Source: Gemmatimonadales bacterium (lineage in GTDB: Bacteria; Gemmatimonadota; Gemmatimonadetes; Gemmatimonadales; GWC2-71-9). Taken from it: a stretch of DNA of 64,000 nucleotides. Both the position numbers and the translations under genes were made by a program. The stretch is from positions 992,001 to 1,056,000 of the forward strand of contig JBBCJC010000002.1 in the NCBI GenBank assembly GCA_037189525.1, given 5' to 3'. Each line of letters starts with the position of its first letter. Position 1 is the stretch's first letter. Shown piece by piece: positions 57,274-64,000 of this stretch. The notes beneath the pieces are model-generated. The model was not told the origin of the DNA and ran no database searches. It worked only from the letters and a program-made list of their open reading frames with translations.

Positions 57274-60200
57274 ATGACCGAAGCACGGAAACGGGGTCGG
57301 GTTATCGGCGGCGTCCTCGTCGCCGCGACGTGCCTGGCCGGATCGTCGAGCGCGCAGGCGCAGCGCACGCCGACGCAGCTCGGTGCGCTGGTGTTGCAAG
57401 CCCATTCGCCGCTCACGCGCACCGCTCGGCTCAATGTCCAGAACATCCCGCTCGGCGCGGCACTGGTGCATCTGCGCCAGCGCTCGGGTGTCGACCTGGC
57501 GTATAGCACCCGGGTCATCCCGCCAGCGCGCCGCGTCGACTGCGAGTGTGCGGGTGTGACGGTGGCCGAAGCGCTCGATCGAATGCTGGCGGGGACATTC
57601 CTCCGTTATGTGGAGTTGGATGGTCAGGTCATCATCGAGCCTCGCGCGCGGCCCGAGCACCTGGATCGTGCAGCGGTGACAACGGCGGTGCTTGCTCCGG
57701 ACCGGCGGCGTGATGCAGCGTTGCAAATGGAGGAGGAACAGACGCCGTCGATCATCGGAGTCGTATATGGCGTTGGTGCGCGACCGGTCGTGTCCGCACG
57801 CGTCTTCGTTGTCGGCACGACGCGGCAGTCGACGACCGATGCCGAAGGGCGGTTTCGGATCACCGACGTGTCGGAGGCTGGTCTCACCATCCGCATCCTT
57901 GCCATCGGCTATCAACCGCTGATGCGGAACGTGCGAGCCGGCACGGAAGTTCAGTCGTTCCAGCTGGTCGAGAGCCCGGTCAACCTAGATGAGCTGATCG
58001 TGACCGGGACGGTCGGCGCCACCGAGAAGCGCGCGATCGGCAACTCGATCGGCCAAGTCAAGGCGTCGGAAGTGCTCGAGCTCGCGCCGGCGGCCGATGC
58101 GGTTCAGCTCATCAACGGGCGCGTGCCGGGTGTGCTGGTTCAGCCGTCGACGGGCGTCGTCGGTGGAGGCGGCCGGATTCGGATTCGTGGGGCGTCGAGC
58201 ATCTCACTCTTCGGCCGAGACCCGCTGCTCTATGTCGATGGGATCCGAGTGGACAATCGCGCGCACTCGGGGCCGGGATCCCAAGGAGCCGGCGCGGCCT
58301 CCGGGCCTGCCTCCCGCATGAACGATATCAACGCCGAGGACATCGAGTCGATCGAGATCGTGAAAGGTCCAGCGGCCGCAGTCCTCTACGGGACTGAGGC
58401 GACGGGCGGCGTGATCCAGATCATTACGAAGCGGGGCAGCCGCAGTGGTCGCGCCGAGATATCCACGACGGTCAAGCAGGGCACCAACTGGTTCATGAGC
58501 GCTGAAGAGCGCTGGCCCTCGATGTATTCGCGTGTCGACGGCGAGATCCTCGAGGTGAACCTGGTACGCAACGAACGTGAGCGCGGCACGCCGATGTTCC
58601 GGAACGGTCGCACTCAGGGATACGGAGTGAACCTCAAAGGCGGGGCGGAGCGTGTCCGGTACTTCGCGAGCCTCGACGTCGACCACGAAACAGGCATCGA
58701 ACCTACCAATACGATGTTCAAACTGGGCGGCCGAACCAATCTCGACCTCCCGCTCAGTGATCGGTTCGACATCGGCGTTAACCTCGGTCTGGTGAGCAGC
58801 GATCTGCAGCTCCCGATGGAAACGGGCACCGGAATGTGGCGCTCCGAGTTCTTCGGCAATCCGGCAACCGTGAACTCACCGTTCCGCGGCTTCGACCCGG
58901 CCCCCCCTGAAGTCTGGCACCGTGCGTCCGAAAGTCGGAGCCAAACCAGTCATTTGATCGCTGGGCTGAGGCTTCAGCATCGTCCGACCACTTGGTTCAA
59001 TCATCGCCTGACGCTAGGCATGGATCTCGTGAGCAGTGACAACTTCACGCTGTTTCGCAACATCGCGTCGATTCCCGAGTTCGCCCCGTTCAATCTGGGG
59101 GGTGGCGGTGCCCGTCTCGGAACAAAGTGGTCTCGACGCGAACAGCTTACGACGAACACCGTCGACTACGCTGCGAATGCGACGGCGAACCTTCGTCCCT
59201 CGATCGTGTCGACTTCTTCCGTTGGGTTGCAGTACTACCGGACCTTCAACTCCTTCGCGACGGCCGAAGGGCGAGAGTTTCCCGATTTCTCGGTCCGGAG
59301 CATCAGCGCGGCGGCAACCACCTTCGGGTCGGACAATTTCACCGAGAACGCCACGGTGGGGATGTATTTCCAGCAGCAGTTCGCCCTCTCGAATCGCCTG
59401 TTCCTGACGGCGGCCATCCGTGCCGATGACAACAGCGCCTTTGGTGAAGCGTTCGATCTGGTCACCTATCCGAAGGTAGCAGCGAGCTGGGTCGTGAGTG
59501 AGGAGGGATTTTGGCCGCTCCGGTTTGTCGACGTGCTCAAGCTGCGCGCGGCGTATGGGCAGGCCGGCCAGCAGCCCGCAGCGTTCTCCGCCGTGCGTAC
59601 CTACACCGCAATCGGGGGCCCCGCCGGTCCGGGGCTGCGTCCCGGAGCAAGCGGCAATCCGGACCTGGGCCCCGAGCGCGGCGAGGAGATCGAAGTCGGA
59701 CTGGAAGCGTCACTGTTCGGCAGTCGCGTCTCGATCGACGCGAGCTACTATCACAAGACCACTCGCGACGCTATCCTCGGTGTACCGACCATACCCTCGC
59801 AGGGATTCATCGGAACCCGGCTGGTGAATGCGGGTGTACTGCAAAATCAAGGAGTGGAGCTGGGTCTGACGGCTCGAGTGCTGGACGGTACCGCCGTGGC
59901 GCTCGATCTCGGTGTCAACGTCTCCCGCAACGACAACAAGGTGCTGGAGCTTGCCAACGGGGCCACGGAGCTACCGGTGCTCGACGATCGCTTGTCGCAT
60001 AAGGTCGGGTACCCGGCATTCTCGAGCTTTATCCGCAAAGTGGTGAGCGCGGACCTTGGTTCGGACGGTGTGGCGACGAACATTCTCTGTGATGGCGGAC
60101 CAGGGAACGCCCCGATGTCGTGCGCCAGCGCACCGGGGATCTTCGTGGGCTCCGCGCTCCCGAAAACGGAGGGTTCGGTGAGCTCCACGCTGACGCTCGG

Positions 60201-60621
60201 GGGCCGCGTTCGGCTGTACGCTCTAGTGGATTTCAAGCTTGGTCACCAGCTGTTCGACAACAGCATTCTGCTGCGGTGCTTGAACGGACGCTGTCGTGAA
60301 CGGTTTTACCCGACCGAATACGATCCTCTTTGGATAGCCACGACGCAGAATCCTTCGGGGCTCTTCGACTGGAGCATTCGGGACGCCGGTTTCGCCAAGC
60401 TCAGAGAACTCTCGGCCAACATGGCGTTGCCCTCCGCCTGGGCGCGAGTGCTCGGTGCGCGCTCCGGAAGCGTGACCGTCGCCGGGCGCAATCTCCATAC
60501 TTGGACCAACTGGACCGGGCTCGATCCGGAGTCCTACCAGGTCAACAACGTGTTCAGTCTGGCACTCGGCTCGACGCCGCAGCTGGCCCAGATTGCGGCC
60601 GCCATCAACCTTGTGTTCTGA
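57274..60621 (+). CDS. SusC/RagA family TonB-dependent transducer with N-terminal STN domain
   Basis: IRIRGASS, PLLYVDG, DIESIEIVKGPAAAVLYG, GRNLHTWT..GLDPE. Confidence 0.92.
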   Translation: MTEARKRGRVIGGVLVAATCLAGSSSAQAQRTPTQLGALVLQAHSPLTRTARLNVQNIPLGAALVHLRQRSGVDLAYSTRVIPPARRVDCECAGVTVAEALDRMLAGTFLRYVELDGQVIIEPRARPEHLDRAAVTTAVLAPDRRRDAALQMEEEQTPSIIGVVYGVGARPVVSARVFVVGTTRQSTTDAEGRFRITDVSEAGLTIRILAIGYQPLMRNVRAGTEVQSFQLVESPVNLDELIVTGTVGATEKRAIGNSIGQVKASEVLELAPAADAVQLINGRVPGVLVQPSTGVVGGGGRIRIRGASSISLFGRDPLLYVDGIRVDNRAHSGPGSQGAGAASGPASRMNDINAEDIESIEIVKGPAAAVLYGTEATGGVIQIITKRGSRSGRAEISTTVKQGTNWFMSAEERWPSMYSRVDGEILEVNLVRNERERGTPMFRNGRTQGYGVNLKGGAERVRYFASLDVDHETGIEPTNTMFKLGGRTNLDLPLSDRFDIGVNLGLVSSDLQLPMETGTGMWRSEFFGNPATVNSPFRGFDPAPPEVWHRASESRSQTSHLIAGLRLQHRPTTWFNHRLTLGMDLVSSDNFTLFRNIASIPEFAPFNLGGGGARLGTKWSRREQLTTNTVDYAANATANLRPSIVSTSSVGLQYYRTFNSFATAEGREFPDFSVRSISAAATTFGSDNFTENATVGMYFQQQFALSNRLFLTAAIRADDNSAFGEAFDLVTYPKVAASWVVSEEGFWPLRFVDVLKLRAAYGQAGQQPAAFSAVRTYTAIGGPAGPGLRPGASGNPDLGPERGEEIEVGLEASLFGSRVSIDASYYHKTTRDAILGVPTIPSQGFIGTRLVNAGVLQNQGVELGLTARVLDGTAVALDLGVNVSRNDNKVLELANGATELPVLDDRLSHKVGYPAFSSFIRKVVSADLGSDGVATNILCDGGPGNAPMSCASAPGIFVGSALPKTEGSVSSTLTLGGRVRLYALVDFKLGHQLFDNSILLRCLNGRCRERFYPTEYDPLWIATTQNPSGLFDWSIRDAGFAKLRELSANMALPSAWARVLGARSGSVTVAGRNLHTWTNWTGLDPESYQVNNVFSLALGSTPQLAQIAAAINLVF

Positions 60622-60631
60622 GGACCGTGCG

Positions 60632-61939
60632 ATGCAGAGCGTTCTGTCGATGATGGTCGATCGCGTTCGAGGTCTCCGGGCCGGTGTGGTGCCGCTTCTC
60701 CTGATCTCCGCCGGTGCCTGCAACGCGCTCGACGACTTGCTCTCGGTCGAGCTTCCGGGTTCGATCACCGCCGAAGAGGCGCAGTCGCCGGCCAAAGCAG
60801 CGGCGCTGGCGAGCGGTGGGATCACCTTGTTCAACTGTACGCTCCTCGGGCACATCGTGGAGGGCGCCACCCTCGGTGATGAACTGACTGGAGGGACCGG
60901 TGGCGCAAACACAGCCGATAATCGTTCGTTCTTCCTCGAATACACGCTGGGCACGGCGGGCACCGGATGCTTGGGTAACAGTTGGGGGGCGCTGTCCGCC
61001 GCGCGGTGGCACAACGAGAATACGCTTGCTTTGCTTCAGGGTTGGTCCGACCAGGAGGTTACGAATCGCTCGGCGTTGATGGCACAGGCCGCTATCTATG
61101 CCGGATATAGTCTGGTACTGATGGCGGAGCGGTTCTGCACTGGCGCGGTCGACGGTGGTCCCGAATTGTCTTCCGCGCAGCTTTTCGACCGGGCTGAAGA
61201 TCTCTTCGCCCAGGCGATCACAACGGCAACGGCGGCGTCGAACCAAGACCTGCTGAATCTGGCGCGGAGCGGACGGGCGCGCACTCGGCTTGGTCTCGGC
61301 CGGCTGGCCGATGCGGCGAGTGACGCTGCGTTGGTGCCTCAGGGCTATCTCAAGAATGCCGAGTACCCCGGGACCGCCGCCGTGAACGAAAACGGCGTCT
61401 ACACGTCGATCGTTCTGGGCGACACACGCACCATCGATCCCCGGTATCGGGACATGCGGTTCAATGGCGTACCCGATCCGCGAGTCGTTGCCACGAACAC
61501 GGGCCGTGTTACCCGATGGGCTGAACCCCTATGGATACCCGCGAAGTACCCAACTCGCACTACTCCGATCAGGATGGCGTCGTGGCAGGAGGCGCAGCTG
61601 ATCATCGCCGAGAACCGGGTAAGGAGCGGTGATGCTTCCGGTGCTGTCGCTATCATCAACGCGCTCCACGCTGCGGCGGGTATCCCGAGCTTTGCCAGCG
61701 ACGATGCCGCCGAGGTGCTTCAGCAGGTCATTTATGAGCGTCGTGCGGAGTTTTTTTTCGAAGGCCAGCATATCGGTGATTTCCGCCGGCTCGAACTTCC
61801 GTTGATTCCCGCTCCCGGAACGCCGTACTACAACGAACCGAATCAGACGTGGGGTTCGGCGCGGTGTTTCCCTCTCCCGAACTCCGAGCGGTCGAGTAAT
61901 CCCAACTTGGCCATGCGCAATCTTACGACCGTGCGTTAG
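60632..61939 (+). CDS. RagB/SusD family lipoprotein
   Basis: AGAC lipobox, EAQLIIAE, YERRAEFFFEGQ..DFRR, PLPNSE..NPN. Confidence 0.88.
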   Translation: MQSVLSMMVDRVRGLRAGVVPLLLISAGACNALDDLLSVELPGSITAEEAQSPAKAAALASGGITLFNCTLLGHIVEGATLGDELTGGTGGANTADNRSFFLEYTLGTAGTGCLGNSWGALSAARWHNENTLALLQGWSDQEVTNRSALMAQAAIYAGYSLVLMAERFCTGAVDGGPELSSAQLFDRAEDLFAQAITTATAASNQDLLNLARSGRARTRLGLGRLADAASDAALVPQGYLKNAEYPGTAAVNENGVYTSIVLGDTRTIDPRYRDMRFNGVPDPRVVATNTGRVTRWAEPLWIPAKYPTRTTPIRMASWQEAQLIIAENRVRSGDASGAVAIINALHAAAGIPSFASDDAAEVLQQVIYERRAEFFFEGQHIGDFRRLELPLIPAPGTPYYNEPNQTWGSARCFPLPNSERSSNPNLAMRNLTTVR

Positions 61940-61942
61940 ACC

Positions 61943-63331
61943 ATGTCGACGTTGGGTAAGACCGCTCTCGACGATGGAGTCCGTTGTCGCCATCGAACGG
62001 CGCCGCGCGTGATGTTGCGATTCGCTGTCCTCCTCGCTGCGACAGTGTGCCTGTCGAGCGGCGCAGCAGCGCAGTCCGACAGCACGGCAAATACCTTCCT
62101 CCGTTGGGCTGCGGGTGCGTTGCGTCCGGTGAGCGTCGATTCAGCCGGAGAGAAGCTGATCGACGCCGACCGCCTGCTCGAGATGATCGGGTCCGCCCCG
62201 ATCACGGCGTTGAGTGAGGCGACTCACAACGGAGACGAGGTGCTGAGATTCCGCAACGCCCTGTTCCTCGCGCTGGCTCGTGAACGGCGCTACGGTGCGC
62301 TGGCGATTGAATCGGGCCTCAGTGAGGGCGCACGGCTCTATGAGTACGTACGAGGTGGATCACGGTCGTTTGGCGCTACGGTCGATAGCGGCTTCAGCTG
62401 GACCTTCCACACACATCGGGCCAACCAGGGGCTGCTGCAGATCCTGCGCGCATATAACACGGCGGCTCCCGGCTCCCCCGTCAGCTTATACGGATTCGAC
62501 GTTCCGGGAAGTCCCGGGAACACCGCGGCAGTCCGTGGGGTGAGTACGGCGCTGGGGGAGGCACTCTCTTACCTTCGCGAGGTGGACGAAGCGGAGTCTG
62601 AGCGCATCAATCATCGTGTCGCGACCTTCCTGGGGGCGACCCCTCGAGAAACATACGCCCATTATCTCCAGCTTGCGTTCGTCGATCGGGATCGGCTGTC
62701 CGGTGCGATCGCCGACTTGATTGGTGTGTTCGAGCGACGCGAGAAGAAGTATACGGAGGCGACGTCGGCCGAGCGATTCGCGTGGGGATATCGTCATGCC
62801 ATCGGAGCGCGCCAGATCGACACCTGGCTCCGGATGCTACCGCTGAACGAACGCCCGAAGCACTACTTCGAGCACCACGCCTATCGCGATCGGGCGATGG
62901 CCGAGAACGTCGATTGGATCAAGCGTCGAGAAGGGCCCGATGCCCGCCTCATGGTCTTTGCGTCCCGGTTCCACATCGCGGGTAGTCCGGTCCAGGTCTT
63001 GAGCTTGCGGGATAGTGAGCCGACACAGGCAGTCACGCTGGGCAGCTACCTCCGGGCGCAGTATGGAAACCAGGTCGTCCTGATCGGAAACATCTTCGGG
63101 CGTTCGCCGGCATGCCCTCCGTCGAAGCCTTCGACGAGCATGAGCCTGGATCGCTTGCTGTCAACCCTGGGCGTCCGATCGTTCGTCCTGGATCTTCGGC
63201 AGGCGCCGCAAGCCGTGCGGGCGTGGTTGGACCAGACGCACGCGCTGGACGAATACTTTGCGGTCAACATGGCGCAGGCTTTCGATATCATCTACTACAA
63301 CCAGGTCGATCCGCCTCGCTGCCGACCGTAG
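61943..63331 (+). CDS. Erythromycin esterase family protein, secreted
   Basis: LSEATH, LAIES, LYGFD, RDRAMAENV, AFDIIYY; true start may be 62009 or 62012. Confidence 0.8.
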   Translation: MSTLGKTALDDGVRCRHRTAPRVMLRFAVLLAATVCLSSGAAAQSDSTANTFLRWAAGALRPVSVDSAGEKLIDADRLLEMIGSAPITALSEATHNGDEVLRFRNALFLALARERRYGALAIESGLSEGARLYEYVRGGSRSFGATVDSGFSWTFHTHRANQGLLQILRAYNTAAPGSPVSLYGFDVPGSPGNTAAVRGVSTALGEALSYLREVDEAESERINHRVATFLGATPRETYAHYLQLAFVDRDRLSGAIADLIGVFERREKKYTEATSAERFAWGYRHAIGARQIDTWLRMLPLNERPKHYFEHHAYRDRAMAENVDWIKRREGPDARLMVFASRFHIAGSPVQVLSLRDSEPTQAVTLGSYLRAQYGNQVVLIGNIFGRSPACPPSKPSTSMSLDRLLSTLGVRSFVLDLRQAPQAVRAWLDQTHALDEYFAVNMAQAFDIIYYNQVDPPRCRP

Positions 63332-63472
63332 GCGGTGTGTCGTCGTGAGTAGTATCGCAGATGACACTGTGACATCTCCCTCTTGCGAGCATGTCTGGAG
63401 GCAGATGTTCAGAAGGCGGCAATACGCTTTTCGTTTTTGAAGCATCTTCCTCCGTTTCTTCCAGAGAGCACG

Positions 63473-64000
63473 ATGAATCCACGAGCCGGTAGCGTAGGTA
63501 CGGCGATCGCCGTATTGGTGCTGGTTGGTATCGGCGGGTCGGTCGTCCCGACCTCGGCCGTTGCGCAGGATGACACCTCGTTCGTCTGGGCCCAGCCGTC
63601 TCCACGGGCTGCGAACGAAGGAGAGGGGCCTTTCAACCGGCTGATCATCACCGGTGCTAGGATCATTAACGGTACCGGGACGCCTCCTTCACGCCCCACG
63701 ACGATCGTCATCGAGCGGAACCGGATCGTCCGGCTCGGCGGCCGGGTGGACGCACCCGGCCCGAACGACAAAATCATCGACGTACGCGGCGGCTATGTCA
63801 TTCCGGGCATGATCGATACGCACGTCCGGATTCTCTCTCCCGCTCAGGGTGTTTTCCCGACGGACTATCCGCTCAAGCTGCTCTTGGCGCATGGGATCAC
63901 GACGGTCGCGTCGATGCAGGATTATGGCCCACAAACGGATTGGGCGCTCGAGCTCCAGAAGCGGTCGGCTGCGAATGCGGTTGTGGCACCGCGGCTCCAG
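63473..64000 (+). CDS. Amidohydrolase family protein (runs off right edge)
   Basis: Translated by hand: signal peptide, IITGARIINGTG, VIPGMIDTHVR, LLLAHGITT. Confidence 0.8.
   Translation, partial: MNPRAGSVGTAIAVLVLVGIGGSVVPTSAVAQDDTSFVWAQPSPRAANEGEGPFNRLIITGARIINGTGTPPSRPTTIVIERNRIVRLGGRVDAPGPNDKIIDVRGGYVIPGMIDTHVRILSPAQGVFPTDYPLKLLLAHGITTVASMQDYGPQTDWALELQKRSAANAVVAPRLQ

Overview
GC-rich bacterial window. Gene content suggests Gemmatimonadota (inference): lipoprotein amidohydrolases, serine hydrolases, Ser/Thr kinase, PadR with an ADOP permease, SusC/SusD. No rRNA, tRNA or CRISPR array was seen. Layout: (1) 1-26.8 kb, accessory hydrolases and small stress/detox genes (three DUF1801, two VOC, two SRPBCC, DinB, ArsR, a regulated uppS operon). 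(2) About 26.85-34.95 kb, a lower-GC run of co-oriented minus-strand genes separated by about ten intact, truncated or eroded attC sites, with a Phd/RelE toxin-antitoxin cassette and no integrase in the window. This reads as a decaying integron cassette array (CALIN) and is the main finding. (3) 35-45 kb, core-like genes including a histone H1-like protein and an RNase HI with a rearranged active site. (4) 45-48 kb, a frameshifted ADOP permease with PadR and its operator. (5) 48-64 kb, two TonB-dependent receptors behind a Fur-like box, a Zn metalloprotease, and an ECF sigma/FecR/SusC/SusD/erythromycin esterase/amidohydrolase uptake locus. All family calls come from motif recognition by eye, not database searches.
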